Source of the DNA: Octopus sinensis | Taxonomy: Eukaryota | Direction of reading: 5' to 3' | Assembly: GCF_006345805.1 (NCBI RefSeq) | Contig: NC_043005.1 | Span: forward strand, 65,968,001-66,032,000 | DNA: 64,000 nucleotides | Part shown: piece by piece, positions 11,730 through 26,093 of the stretch | How positions within the stretch are numbered: the first letter of the stretch is position 1 | Layout: each line of letters begins with the position of its first letter | Notes under the pieces: generated by a model | Told to the model about the DNA's origin: nothing | What the model saw: only the letters and a program-made list of their open reading frames with translations | Database searches by the model: none | Program-made: the position numbers and the translations under genes

Positions 11730-12480
11730 TTAACGTCCGCTTTCCATGCTAGCATGGGTTGGACGGTTCAACTGGGGTCTGGGGAGCCCGAAAGCTGCAC
11801 CAGTCCAGTCAGATCTGGCAGTGTTTCTACAGCTGGATGCCCTTCCTAACGCCAACCACTCCGAGAGTGTAGTGGGTGATTGTATGTGCCACCGACACAG
11901 GTGCCAGACGAGGCTGGCAAACGGCCATGCTCGGATGGTGTTTTTTATGTGCCACCGACACAGGTGCCAGACGAGGCTGGCAGACGGCCACGCTCGGATG
12001 GTGTTTTTATGTGCCACCGACACAGGTGCCAGATGAGGCTGGCAAACGGCCACGATCGGATGGTGCTTGTTACGTGCCCACAGCACGGAGGCCAGTCGAT
12101 GCGGTACTGGCTACGGCCACGTTCGGATGGTTTTATTGTGTGCCACGTGCCACCGGCACTGGTACCACAAAGATACAAATTCCATTGATGTTCATCTATT
12201 TTGATTTGTTTTGATTTGATTTTCACTTGCCTCAACAGGTCTTCACAAGTGTCACAAGAAGGAAGGTATGTACAGGTGGACTGACTACGTCCCAGGTAGG
12301 GGCCATGGGTTATGGCCTGACTAGTCTTGCCGGGTCTTCGGATGGTGTTTTTATGTGCCACCGACACAGGTGCTAGATGAGGCTGGCGAACGGCCACGAT
12401 CGGATGGTGTTTGTCATGTGCCCACCGCACTGACTACAGCACTGATGGATTTCTTGTGTGCCACAGGCACTGGTACCACA
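11699..12480 (-). mobile_element. RTE 3'-end repeat (family B) with tandem 62-63 bp subunits
   Basis: (CAT)n followed by ttaacgtccgctttccatgctagcatggg..., and repeated atgtgccaccgacacaggtgccag units. Confidence 0.85.
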
Positions 12481-12496
12481 AGATATATATATATAA

Positions 12497-15390
12497 AACA
12501 ACAAGAAGAATGGAGAATATTACATCTTTATTTGATGATTACACCATACAGGGCCAATGATCTTTTCTACTGTGCCAGCATATTTAGATAAAGGAAAAAA
12601 TACAAAATATCAGTGAAACCAATATATTTGAAATTTTATGCTAATGTGATGTTATCAAGGTAACATAAACAGGTTAAATTCAAAGTGAACTGAAGTAATG
12701 TCTATGATACATGAATGCACACAAAAGAAATATATTATTCTAAGAAGATCCAGTTTAGTATTTAAACTTATGATGACATCAGTAGATAATGAAAGAATAA
12801 AAAAAAATAAACATAGAAATTCTACATCACAACATTTAGTTATCTGGCTACTTATGTATGCTAAAAAATATAGGAAAATTATTGTTTATTTGATTAAAGG
12901 AAAAACAATTATAATGATGTTATTTACTGTTGAAATATTTAAATGTTTTTCTATGCTTATGGAAACATTTCATCATATGGCTGGTTTTGCAATTTAGTAA
13001 TTTTAATTTTGAAGTGAATATACATTTCCTTTAGGCAAATTTCACATTTAAAGTTATTAGCATTAGAGATGGAGCATAACTAGTAATGGACAACATTATA
13101 TTGTAGTTAATGTTCTTGTCTTTCAAATCCCAAATGCATTTACTGAAATTCATAAAATCACATAGTCTCCTAAACTTAAATGAAGAAGAATGGTTTTGTA
13201 ATCTACATTTCCAGATGGTAGTAGAACCTATGTAATGATACCTACAATCCCCTGCAATTACCATACATTGATATATCATATTCTTCATCAAACACTAGTT
13301 TTCTGAAGGACACATAAGTTTGTTTTTGAAATTACAAAGGTGTTTATTTACTCACATATAGCACTCTTGGTTAAGAGAATTAGTATAGACTCTGCTTCCA
13401 GAATTAGGGGTTAAAACAGGATTATTAGCAGTATTATAATCAATATTATTATTATTAGGTGATATCTTAAAGGGTCTATCAATTTTACTGTTGGAAGTAC
13501 CATCACCTAAAGTATCAAAAACATGATGAGTTATTTCAACTAAACTTTGATCAAAATTATTGTTTATGTGTACATAGAGTCAAGATTATTACTACCTTTA
13601 TTATCATCATTAGTACTATTACTATTTTCACCATTACCATTATTATTACTGTTATTATTGTCATTATTATCATCATCCTCATTACTATTATTATTATTAT
13701 TGTCATCATTATTTAAGGCAGTGAGCTGGCAGAATCATTAGCACACCAGGCAAAACGCTTAGTGACATTCTGCCCATCTGTACGTTTTGAGTTAATATTC
13801 CTCTGAAGTTGACTTTGCCTCTTATCCTCTTGGGGTCGATAAAATAAGTACTAGCTGATCTCTGGGGCTGCTATTACTTAGCTAACTTAAAGAAGATTGC
13901 TTGAAATATTTATTTTTATTGTACTGTCTATCAAAGCTTGTCATATTTAATTTGACATTAATATCCTACCATTATTAGGAATTTTATTAGTATTTTGATT
14001 CTGGATGTTGTAATTTTGTCCTTATACCCAGGTTCAGATAATTCCTGATTATAGTACTTTTCATTTTGTCTAAATACATCCTTGTTGGTGGACAGCCTTG
14101 AAAAATGTGTTGATATATTTTTAATGATAGAATTTATGATCTATCTAGGATGATTAGAAGTTTTGTTTACATACCTGAAGCATTCATTTGGTTTATGGCC
14201 TGGTTGGTATAGTCCTGTACTAAAATCTGGATTAACATCAAGGAAGTTAATCTTTGTTCATTTTTTTACGGAAATAGACAGATAATGATGCTTAAAGAAT
14301 TAAAAAGTTTTCTCTAGAACCTTCAAAGATTAACCTTACTAGTGAAAAAAATCATCATCCCTATATTATCCACCTCCTAGTTCAGGAAATTTTCTTTGTA
14401 TACAGTTAAGAATATAGATTCCCACTAAATCAGTTACTTGTGCAATCACTGGACCCCATTCTAGTGTCAAAATTATGAGATCTATCCTTCCTGGTTCAAT
14501 ACTTTCCATTAGATTCTATTATGGTTTTTCTAGCCATTAATACTATATCAACTTCATGTTGAGATAAATCTGAATTGTTCATCATGAAAATAAATGCCTT
14601 TTTAAGTAGTATAGAGTCAATAGATGAGTAATAATTTGATATATTTATGTGAATGAATTTAGTATGTTTCTTATCCTTAATACCAATGAACCAATCAATT
14701 ACTTCCAATAAACATAAATTAATATTTTGTTTTTGCTTAGGAATATTCTTATCAATAATAAATTTACCACTCTTACCAATATCCAATTTGGCGGGGCAAA
14801 TTAGTTTAACTTGTTGATTGATAGTAAAATTAAGTTTATAGTCCTTTAAATTTATTCTGGGGGTTTTGGGCATGTAAGGTTCTGTCTGATCTTCCACTTG
14901 GAAATCTTCATCTATTTCCTCCACTATTAAGTTAATGTTAAATAACTTTGCCTCAGAAGTTATTTTATGGTGATACATACATCATCTCATTCAGTGAATA
15001 AATGAGTTATTCTTATCAAAAAGATTTTCATATATCATTTTGGAGGTGGTAGGGATATGCCCTTTAAAGATTTGTCCTTGAATAGTTCTTCCATTTCAAA
15101 GATAATCTGCCATAAGCACTTGTATACAAAGAGAATAATAGAGTATACAATAATAGAAATGCAGGCAGATATCTGGAAATCACTCAGCAGTTTAGGGAAC
15201 TTGGTTAACTACATGAAACAATCAGATACCAATAAATTCAAATAGAATTAACATCCAAAGAAATTTCCTGTGTATGATAAGTAAATCCAAATAGAGCTTA
15301 GAAGAATTTCAAGATATTCAGAGTATATAACAACAAGAACAAGAATGGAGAATTCACATCTTTATTTGATGCTTACACAATACAGGATGA
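12497..15390 (-). mobile_element. Near full-length decayed Penelope-like retroelement (RT plus GIY-YIG), interrupted by a SINE
   Basis: RT relic PAKLDIGKSGKFIIDK...EVIDWF...NYYSSIDSILLKKA (14496-14978) and YRDD near 14355. GIY-YIG relic IYQC...YIGSTT.WKCRLQNH...KCIWDLKDK (13031-13291). About 55-bp direct repeats at 12498 and 15331. Confidence 0.8.
13715..13870 (+). mobile_element. SINE family D (5' part) inserted in the PLE
   Basis: ggcagtgagctggcagaatcattagcac...gactttgcctcttatcctcttggggtcgataaaataagtac. Confidence 0.75.
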
Positions 15391-15408
15391 TACATACGTA
15401 CATACACG

Positions 15409-15459
<51 letters not shown>

Positions 15460-15539
15460 TGTAGCTAGGACACTCTGTAATGAAATCTGTCGGAAGTATA
15501 ACCCCAAGGACAAAGAAATAAGAACCCACAGTATAGTAG

Positions 15540-16110
15540 AAGCCATAACCACTCATAGTAAAACGGAATACTGGTGGAATGTCTCAGTGAAGACCTCAAT
15601 AAATTTAAGCACAACAGACCTGATATAATGATTTGGGATAGAGAAGAGAAACTGTGCATAGTTGTGGAAATTAGCTACCCAGTGGATGTTAACATGAAGC
15701 TGAAGATCAGTCAAAAAGAGAACACCTATACTGAACTATTGAGAAATCTGCAGTTACTCTATCCAGATTACATGTTCGGGTTTATACCTGTAATTATTAG
15801 GGCCCCTGGGATATGTAACACACTGCCTAAATACCAATCTTGAGAAATTAGGCTTCTCAAAACCGGAAAGAAGAAAACTAATTTGAATACTACAGATCCA
15901 ATCCATCACTGGAACAGTAAAAATCTGTAAAACTTTACAGAAATTTATCATTTAAATATATATGAGCATGTGTAGACATACAACTATTTGCATGAGAATA
16001 CATACAGAAAGCAAAACATACAAATCTTCACGTACACATCCGTACATACATACATGCATACATACATACCCACCCACCCTGTTGATGTTGAAATTCCAAT
16101 GAAGAAGCCT
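15540..16110 (+). mobile_element. R4/Dong-like non-LTR retrotransposon 3' end (restriction-like endonuclease)
   Basis: HNRPDIMIWDREEKLCIVVEISYPVD...KENTYTELLRNLQLLYP...IPVIIRAPG fits the PD-(D/E)xK RLE pattern. Clade assignment is by motif style only. Confidence 0.7.
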
Positions 16111-17479
16111 TGAATGTATCTATATATCCCTTACCCTTCATTAAGTTAATATATGACAAACTACATCAAACCACTCCCATTTCCCTACCAAATACACTCT
16201 AATTTTACACTTCTGTATTAGCTTTCTTCTCTAGACCCTTTCTAATACCACCCATCACTTACTCTTCCTTTTATCCCATCACTCATGCTTACCTTTTTCC
16301 AACTCTATCGTCATTCATTTCTCTCCTAACTTCACCTCAGATGACCCAGCCTTTCCATCAATCTCTTGTTATTTTCACCCACCTGTTCTGGTTCTTCTGG
16401 TATCATCACTCACTCTCCCGTTTTCCTTCTCATTCTGCTTGAGATCTGTTATGTGAAGAGATGTCTTTTTTGGTATTGTATATATTTTTTGTCTTTCTCC
16501 TGCCTCTCATTCTTTTTTTTTTCTATTTTTATTTTTCTTCTCTTTGATAAAAGATATCACACAAAATGTCACACTCTTCTCACAGTCTGACCAAAGCCTT
16601 GTGAGTGGATTTGGTAGATAAAAACTGAAAGAAGTCTTGTGTGTGTGTGTGTGTGCGCGCGCACATCTTCCTGTCTCTTTTAGATAAACATTTTCCAATA
16701 CATCATAAATACAGGAAAATTTTTAGCAGACAATTAAAGTATCATACTGCTGCTGCCCCAATATGAAGAACATTATAACTTGTGAAAATCAGCAAGAGAC
16801 CACTCCCATTTGTAACTATCAAAACCCTAAAGCTTACCCACTTGACCAGGCATGTATGATAAACTCCATCATATAAAAGGCTGAAATTACAGCTATGCTT
16901 CAAAATGAATCAATTGAAAAGAAAAATTACATTGGGTTATGTGAGAAAGAGATGTTATGCAAACCAACTATCTTCTTTTCGGCACATCAATAAATGTAAT
17001 GCATCAGATGTATATGCCTCATATAGAATTTGAAGAGCAGCTACATGTAATATTTTAACAGATCTAACAAATGCAACTTATGTGTAGTAGGAAGATCTCA
17101 TATTCTTCTTAAATCCAGCAATTCCAACACACTGCTTAATTCCAGATCTGAAATTTTTAGCAGGTGTAAACACATGAACAGGTTTCTTTTATTGAATTGG
17201 AGGACACCACCCACTCCAGATTGAGTTGCTGTCTTGCAGACTTTGACAAATTTTCAATTTTGTTCTATACCAATTGTATTTAATGTGCTCTCTGCAATCA
17301 GAGAAGCTGAGGATCTTAGGTTTCTTCATTTCATTTCTTTTTCCTTGTTCCATTTTTTTGCACCAACCTTCTTAATGTTTTTACCATGTTTTTTTCTTAT
17401 TTTCCCACCGTCCAGCATCCTTGGTTTTTAAAATATATATAATGCATAAACAGAGCCTGAAAGATTGCTTGGAGATATG

Positions 17480-18481
17480 TGGCATATTTTTAAAATATGC
17501 CTGTTCAAGCATCATAAAAGCATGAAACTATACCAACTTGCTGAGGCAATCACAAAAAGCTGTCTATACTAAATGCCCAGGAAAACTGACAAAAAGGGTC
17601 TTGCTTCATCCTGTCAAAGATATGTGTTCATGCATTGTAATGGTGAATGGGGATAATGTTGAGTTTGTTGTTCAGTTTCTTCATCCTTGCAGTTTCTCTA
17701 AGACCTTTGAATGTCTCATTGTACAACTCACTGTTTAGTCACATTCCAGAAAAGACAACTCCCTTGTTGTCCCCTCAAACAGTCACCATGCCTCCACTGC
17801 TTGCTGGCTTTTGAATTTCTTGAACCTTGGAAAAGAGATGTGATGTCATTCCAGCAGCTGAGCCTTTACTTCATGGTCATAATGATTCACTTACATTTCG
17901 TCCCGTCACTAGATGGCAGTGGTAGGAAGGGGGACACATCTTCATTGGCTTCAAATGCTTTCAGCAGATCAAAGCAGACTTCCATTCTTCTTTCCTTCAA
18001 ATCAGGTGTCAACTACCAAAGTACACTTTCCAATACCCAAAGACTTTCATCATCTTCTGTAATGCACTGTAACCAGAGTTCAGGTGGCACAAGCTCATGG
18101 ATTCTGACTCATCTATACATGTGAATCAAATCATCCAGCTGCTGGTGATCTGTGTCAGTAGTTGTAGTTGATGGTCTCCCGCTGCATGGTTTGTCGTCAA
18201 TGCTAATTTCCTCTTTCTTTAAACTTCGCCTGTTTGTGTTCATTGCTCTTGTCAGTGATGTTATCTCTATAAGCAACGTGTAGCCTTCTGTGGATGTCAA
18301 ACAGCTTGCTAGCCTTCTTTGTCAAGAATTCAGTGGCAGCATACTGCTTTTGCATGAAACCATTATTTGCTTACAGTGAAGAACAACAGGAAGAAGGGTT
18401 GCCGCAGATATTCTACCAGTATGTGGACTTTGTCAGTTAAAAAATTATTCCCAATTTTGTATGACTTGGTATAACCTTCAT
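17480..18481 (-). mobile_element. Degenerate mariner transposon
   Basis: DDKPCSGRPST N-terminal motif (ORF 18109-18300), frameshifted catalytic region, and TIR-like tatgaaggttatacc at about 18483. Confidence 0.7.
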
Positions 18482-18504
18482 ATGACTATATATATTTTTG
18501 CATA

Positions 18505-18965
<461 letters not shown>

Positions 18966-20299
18966 TATATACTACTCCTCTGCCCGTGCTTATATCTATC
19001 TCACACTCTCCCTTGACTCATAGCTTTTAAACCTGTCCCTCATTACCCTACATTCATCTGCTCGTCATTCTCCTATCTACTTATTCTGCTGTTGTGAAAA
19101 TGGAAATTAGAATCTAAGAATAGATTCCTACATATCATATCATACTGCCATCTCAGCACTGTCAGTGATCACTCACTCTCCTCTATGCTGCTCCTAAATG
19201 GCCTTCATCCATCACTCTAACCTTCATGTCCTGACACATATTTATCACTCACACCCATGATTCACTACATTTACCCTATATGTACATTTAAAAAATCCCA
19301 TGCCAATGTCAATATCCATCTTTCACTTTTTCACTATCTTCAAACCTTACCCATCCTCCCTGTTTCTTCTGATTCGGTGATCCTTTCTAGTCACCTTCTT
19401 GGACATGTTACCTTGTGGGTATGTTCTGGTGCTTCACCCAGCTATCCATGTGAACTGCAAAGTAGCCAAGGACCTCTTCCAAATCAGTAACCCTGTTCCT
19501 GCTCTGCTCATCATATTTTAACCTCTAAGATCCTCATTTATTCTTTCTCTTGGAAATTACAAGGCAATTTCAGTGGTACTGGTGTCATAAAAAAAAAAGG
19601 ATCCAGTACACTCTATAAAGTGGGTGACATTAGGAAGGGCATCCGACCATAGAGACCATGCTAAAATTGAAACACTGGAGCAAGATGTGGTCTGTCAATC
19701 TGCTGGATCTTGTCAAAATGCCATTTTTCACCTTCTTTCCTTCCTACTATGGAAGGTGGATATGAAATGAGGGGAATGATAATGTGTATAAGTTATTACC
19801 CTCCTCCTCCTCATCATCATCATCATCACCACCACCATCATCATCATCATCATCATCAGTATCACCATCATCATGTCATTTTATGTCTGCTTTCCGTGTT
19901 CGACAAGATTCAACACAGAGGACCAGATCATCCTCTAGTGTCTCATATGATTTTTTATGACTGAACGTCCTTCCTAACTACAACCACTTCATTGGATGTA
20001 CTGGGTGCATTTTTCATAGCACCAGCACTATAGAGTTGCTTTGCCATCAGCAAGACTAAAGAACTCTTTCAAACTCTGTATTGTCACTGTTATTCCTGCC
20101 ATCCTTGCAGCAATTAGAAAGTTGACAATTTCTAAATTGCTGTGTTGTGCACATATGGCAACAATATCTTTTATTTCTTGTGTTAGCATTTTGTCTGCCA
20201 TGATGGAACTGAAAGAAATTATAACCTTTTAGGTTAAAGGGAGTATTAAACTTATAATTAAGTGTCCTTAACTATTCCTTGTAGCCTGTATATCACATC

Positions 20300-21230
20300 T
20301 CTGGCAGCTAACAACTTAGATCTACTACCCCAGGCTTAGCTCCCCTACACACAATGCAGGGTATTTAACCTCTGTTGCCAAGACTACAGCCCACTCATTT
20401 TGATCATGCAGCCTTATTTGTAATTGATCTCCATCAAATTTGGTTACTCTCTCATAAAAACTGTTGTTACTAATGTGTTCATTCTCTACTGAATATTGAT
20501 TGAGCTGCCGACTTGCATTAATATCCCAATACAAGGAATTGATGTTATTACTGAATATAATATGTTGCAGCCTGCTGTGAAAGTGCTGCCAGCATCCTAC
20601 CAACATGTGGGCCTAAAAAGAAAGCAGCTGGTGTTCATTTTGATAGCATTAATACCATGTGATGTGAGCTGACCAATAAAGATTTAAACAGCAAGAGTAA
20701 CATCTGCTATTATTCTCATTGTGATTGATGACTGATGAGCTTATGTAAGGGAGACAACTATTGGTGACTGTAAATGTTTCTATCAACAATCTTGTGACAG
20801 TTACGAGTGTGGGAAGTGGGTGTCTTTAAGTTTCAGAAATTGTTAACAATATTTGTAGTTATTTTCATTCTGTATGGATAATTATACCACAAAATTTTTC
20901 TAGATCTACATCAATAAGGAATTGGATCTTTCTGATTTGGTATTGTAATTAGGGGCTGCCTTTTTGAGAGTTTCTTCATCAGAAGATAGGTTGGAGACTA
21001 GCTACTGATATTATTAACTAATCATTTGATTATTACTGGTGGATGGTTAGAGCTTCTGTTGATGTAGGACATATTCTCATTTGGCTAACGAAAAGGTTTA
21101 TATTTGCCTGTACTAAGATTCATGTTAATGTCTAGGACATTAACTTCTTTAAGATTAGTGCTTATTGTAGTTTTTAAATTGAGTTCACTAAATACTTTAC
21201 ATAATCTCATTCCTGAATACTCATCACTTT
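20300..21230 (-). mobile_element. Penelope-like retroelement relic (RT C-terminus plus GIY-YIG end)
   Basis: Manual translation gives TNLKEVNVLDINMNLSTGKYKPFR*PNENMSYINRSSNHPPVIIK. Confidence 0.75.
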
Positions 21231-22689
21231 TCTATCAATGGTATCTTAGAGCTTTGCACAGCCCTCTAGTTTGCCAGCTCTAGTCAAACCATTCAACCCA
21301 TACCCACTGCAAAATCAGCAACTGTGAGTTCACTTGAAATATATATATATTGCTTGCTGATGCAAGCTGCTCTCATCTCTGGCAGATGAGGTGTTCAGTA
21401 CTGGAGAGTGGCAGAAATAGCCTGAAACCAGGACTGGTCTACTGGTCCTGTCGCTTGGAGATGGTAGGGGTTCGCTCCACTGCTTACAATTGTATCAGAT
21501 GCAGCTATGCATCATTAACCAGCTAGAAAAGATGTCCTCTTGGGGTTAAAAGATCACAGTAGAGTCCACTTGAATGGACAGCCATGTTAAAGTGGCTACG
21601 AATATTACTTGTCAGTACAACTACTGCATTGATTTCTTAGAGAGATTTTAGAAATAGTGACTTGATTTGAGAGATAGCAATATTTTTCAATGTATATTTA
21701 TATATATGCTAGTGTGGGCTATCTTTATGCTATGTTTAAGACAGCATATTTTACATTGATTTTATGTCATTGTATCATATATTCCTATAGTGTATATGCA
21801 TAAGTATACATATTGCGTGTAGGTAGGAACAGTATTCAATGAAGGGTGGTGTGTATAGAATATCTGAAGACAGCTGTTTCACTCTTTAGGTGTGGTTCAA
21901 AGGGGATTTGGTTGTTACTGAAAGGAAAACTATGTGCATTATCAAAGTACACTGGAATTATTACTGAATATATTCTTTGTGTATATTGTTACTACAACAG
22001 TTACATTTTATGGATGGGTTTTCTTAGATTATTCTATAATCCCTAGGTTATTCCTGACATTTTAGTGAGTCTATCACATATGTTTGTTTCATTGGGAAAC
22101 CCTACAAATTATATTCTGAAAGTCTGGTACCTTCATAATGGTTCTTTATATTACTGGGTAAATATTTATTCACTGTCTGAAAGTATTAATGAATGTGGAT
22201 GAAGTAATACTAATTAAAAAGCTTTAATCTTTTCCGGTATAAGATATTTCCATTTACTTTCAGTGTTTCAGCATTTGATTTGTGTATATGGATGATGGTG
22301 AGTTTACATGCAAATATGTGTGGGAAGAGTATTAGTGTGCATGTATATTTAATTGAGAATAATTTGGCTCTATTTTCAGGTTTTAAATTTTTAATCACTT
22401 TCAACCAGAAATCAATTTTTGCAATACAAATCTCAGAAATACCTGAAGTGAATGGGAAAATTTTCAAATTTCATTCTTAGATTATAATATATTTCTCGTC
22501 TTTTTTAGTTCCTTCTTGAGCCATGACTGGCTCATAAAAGGCCGGTTTCCCAGTTTCATTGGCACATAGGCTCCCCACCTGGATGAGATGTAGGTCCGTT
22601 ACAGGTTGGCTTGCGATATACGGATGTCCTGGATCCAGCCTTCACTGGACAATACCTCTACTTCAATTCCCACCATCCATACAGTGTAA

Positions 22690-23290
22690 AGAGAGGGATT
22701 GCTTAGTGCTTAAAATATCAAGCAAAGAATATAAGTAACGATCCTGATACACACCATAAAGAAATGATCAAGCTAAGCAACAACTACCCCAAAAACATAT
22801 TATCCACTCCAATTATGAAAAGAAGTGAGGATGAAACCCTTAAGCTGACCAGTCTGTCTACTCTATATGAAAGGCCTCTCCGAAAAGATACAAAAGATAT
22901 GTGGCCCATATGACATCAGGACAGTATTCAAGAGTAATACAACACTTCACAAATATCTCCTTCGAGTAAAACCACCAATAGAAGAGAATATGACCAAAGA
23001 CTGCATGTACTCCATCCCATGCAGCCGTGGTAGGCTATACAAAGGCGAAACATGTTGCCCTCTCAAAATAAGGGTAGCGAGACATCGCAAAGCTGTGACA
23101 TGAGACGATATTGATAAATCAGGTATAGCTGATTAGGTATGGAAAAATGGAGACCACCTCACCCTGTGGGATGAAGTTAAAATAATGGACAGAGAACACC
23201 ACTGGAAAATATGAAAACTAAAAGAAGCAGACCTAGTGCAGATATGAGTAGCATGTGGGAACCGGTATTAAGGGAGGATAGAAAAATATT
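22690..23290 (+). mobile_element. Penelope-like GIY-YIG endonuclease relic
   Basis: GLSEKIQKICGPYDIRTVFK...CMYSIPCSRGRLYKGETCCPLKIRVARHRKAV, then ...KSGIAD...WDEVKIMDREHHWK. Confidence 0.8.
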
Positions 23291-23915
23291 AGATTCATAA
23301 GCCCTAAAATTCACTCCATAATTGCCCACGGCCAATATATGTATATATATTATATATATTTAGGTGTGAGTTAGAGGTTGAGAAACCAACTAAGGGATAT
23401 TACCTATCCAATATACTGGTGGTAGTGTACCCAGTTATTCATGCCCAAGTGCTAGTTGTTGCATGGCAATCTCGCAATTGAGTTTACCGGCTGATGTCTG
23501 TCGATTTCATATGCTCTCCAATTCCTTATTTACCATATATATATATATAATATACATGTATATATATATTCTTTTATATGTTTCTGTGTTTGTGTTTGTT
23601 CCTCCACCATCACTTGACAACTGATGCTGGTGTGTTTACATCCCTGTAACTTAGCGGTTCAACAGAAGAGACCAATGGAATAAGTACTGGAGTTGATGTG
23701 TTCAACTAAAGGCAGTACTCCAGCATGGCTGCAGTCAAATGACTGAAACAATTAAAAGAATATATATAATATACATACAATATACATATATATATAATAT
23801 ACATGTAGATATATATAATACACATATGTATATATATAATACACATATATGTATATGCAATTATGTATTTTTTCTATATATATTTATGAATATATATATG
23901 TAATATACATATATA

Positions 23916-24600
23916 CAGGGGTTGGACAAAATAATGGAAAGACCTTAAAATTTCAAACAAATTTATATTAATATGGGGTAGGACTGCCTTTGGCAGTAAT
24001 TACAGCTTGAATTCTATGAGGTATGGACTCATACAAAGTTTGAATTGTTTCCAAAGGAATTTTTGCCTATTCTTCAGCTAAAACAGTCTGCAGTTCTTGA
24101 AGTGATGATGGTGGAGGATATCGACTCCCTACTTGTTTTTCTAAAATGCACCATAAATGTTCAATAATATTGAGATATGGAGACTGTGGTGGCCAGATAA
24201 GATGTTCAACTTCGCTAGAATGTTCATCGTGCCATTCAGTAACTAATTTAGCTTTGTAAATTGGTGCATTATCATCCTGAAAGTTTGCATATCTCTCCGG
24301 AAACAGTTCTGCAACCATAGGATGAATTTGATCAGATTAAATGCTTAAATAGTCTTGACTATTAATTATGCCATGAAAGGAAACCATTGGACCAGCGGAT
24401 TTCCAAGATGTAGCCCCCCAGATCATCACAGATCCTCCTCCATGTTTAACAGTTGGAAGAAGGCAGTCTGGGTCAAATGCTTCTTTTGGCTGTTTCCACA
24501 TGTATACTCGGCTGGAGGTCAGAAATAAGGTAATGGATGACTCATATGAGAAAATAACATTCTTCCACTGCTCTGTTAAAACTCTCCATTTTCTTCTTGT
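23916..24600 (-). mobile_element. Tc1-family transposon, 3' half with TIR
   Basis: FQDDNAPIYKAK...WPPQSPYLNIIEHLW and VIFSYES...PTVKHGGGSVMIWG. TIR CAGGGGTTGGACAAAATAATGGAAA at 23916, after TA. Confidence 0.9.
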
Positions 24601-24718
24601 CATATATATATATATATAGTAAATCCCAAAAAGAAGAACAAACACAAAAAAAAACAACAACGCAAGGACATGGTACATGTAAAGTATTAGCAGACGCTCA
24701 GGGAAGGAAAGAAGGCTG

Positions 24719-24754
24719 GCTTAATGTTTCAAGCAGACGCTCTTCTTCAGAAAC
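24719..24754 (-). ncRNA. Minimal type I hammerhead-like motif within a PLE-type terminal repeat (about 24618-24840)
   Basis: GTTT-CTGAAGA-A-GAGC-gtct-GCTT-GAAA-CATT-AAGC. Stem III carries a probable CpG-decay change from ACGT. Confidence 0.55.
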
Positions 24755-25004
24755 AGAGTAAAGTCCAATAGCAGGGAAGATGGAGGTAGAAAATTGCTAA
24801 CGATTCACGTGTGGTTACATTTTGAAATGACCGGAAGACATACACATTCTTGTTCTTTTGTTTTCTGTTGAATATTCTGTATATTATTCTTAATTTTTAA
24901 TCTTTTTATACATATTTCTTTACAACATGGAATATTTTCCTTTCAAGGAATTGCTGTCAATATATTACTGATGTTTTGTTTTGTTCTCCTCAAACTTTTT
25001 CCAG

Positions 25005-25150
25005 ATGCAGAAGACATGCCACAGTGGGAGAAAGAATTGCAGAAGGAACTTCAAGAATATGATATGGTGGATGATAGTGTGACAGCTGAAGACATCGACT
25101 TGGAGAAAGAAATTTTGCAACAGCTCGAGGAGGAGAACAAAACAGCCTGA
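25005..25150 (+). CDS. SYAP1: Terminal coding exon of SYAP1 orthologue
   Basis: Acceptor ctttttccAG ends at 25004. The phase-1 junction G|AT gives Asp, in frame with the 5119 donor. Translation DAEDMPQWEKELQKELQEYDMVDDSVTAEDIDLEKEILQQLEEENKTA, then TGA at 25148-25150. Matches the SYAP1 C-terminal WEKELQQELQEY...EIEKMLQEEN motif. Confidence 0.88.
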
Positions 25151-25872
25151 AGAGGATTCACTTCTATTGTCATATTTGACCAGCTGTATTTTTCCTCTCT
25201 CTTTTCTCTCCCCCTCTCTCTTCTACAAAACTGTCACCAAAATTGTTAGTAGTACTTTTCTTTTGGTTCTTTACTGATCATGTATTTTCATCTGTTGTTA
25301 TTGTTGCTATCATCATTAGAGTCATCATCAGTGTAGCCTATTGAACACTGCACTTGAACTGCTCTTGTTAGTAGTGGCAGGGTTACTTTTTGTGAATTTG
25401 ATTTCATACCAGTGTTTGTTGGCTGGACAAAACTCATGATAATAGAACTGGTTATTGTTACTACTAATATTACTACTAATACTTCTGTTGCTGCTGCAAC
25501 TACTTCAAACTAAATAGCAATATTACATCTACCACTACTACGAATACTACTGCATTACATTCCCACATTTTTATTTTTGTCATAAGACCAATATTATACA
25601 TTAACTAAAACATTTGTATTCTTTTTACCACATTCAAGCACATGACCATATGTGTTTTAACTGAAGTAATATTTTTTTTTTTTTTGAATTTCAATTTTTA
25701 ATACCTGTATAGTTTATATTTTAGTTTAAACAAAATTAATTTCTAAATTACTAACAGAAGCAATGAAAAATATGTCATGCAAATAATTTTTGTTCATGTT
25801 TTATGACATTAATAGGCATTACCATTGTTTTATTTATTGTTTGTTTTTTTCCATTGAGACTTTTAACTCAGA

Positions 25873-25903
<31 letters not shown>

Positions 25904-26093
25904 TATACATATATATACACATATATATACATATGTTTATATATATATATATATATATATATATTTTCTAGCTTAAAAAATATGTCTTAATAAACATACA
26001 CACATACATAGTATTCTTTTTTCATTTTCCAGAATGGTTTGTTAAAGAATATTTTGAAAAAATTAAATATTAAACACTAAAAAATAAGATGTA

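Noticed and set aside
11884-12130. Regularly spaced repeats resembling a CRISPR array
   Set aside because: The whole unit is repeated with no unique spacers, there are no cas genes, and the context is eukaryotic.
11628-12591. Multiple overlapping 70-160 aa ORFs (also 49506-49871, 61032-61572, 62529-63020)
   Set aside because: They arise from the GC-richer tandem subunits of the family-B repeat and recur wherever the repeat occurs.
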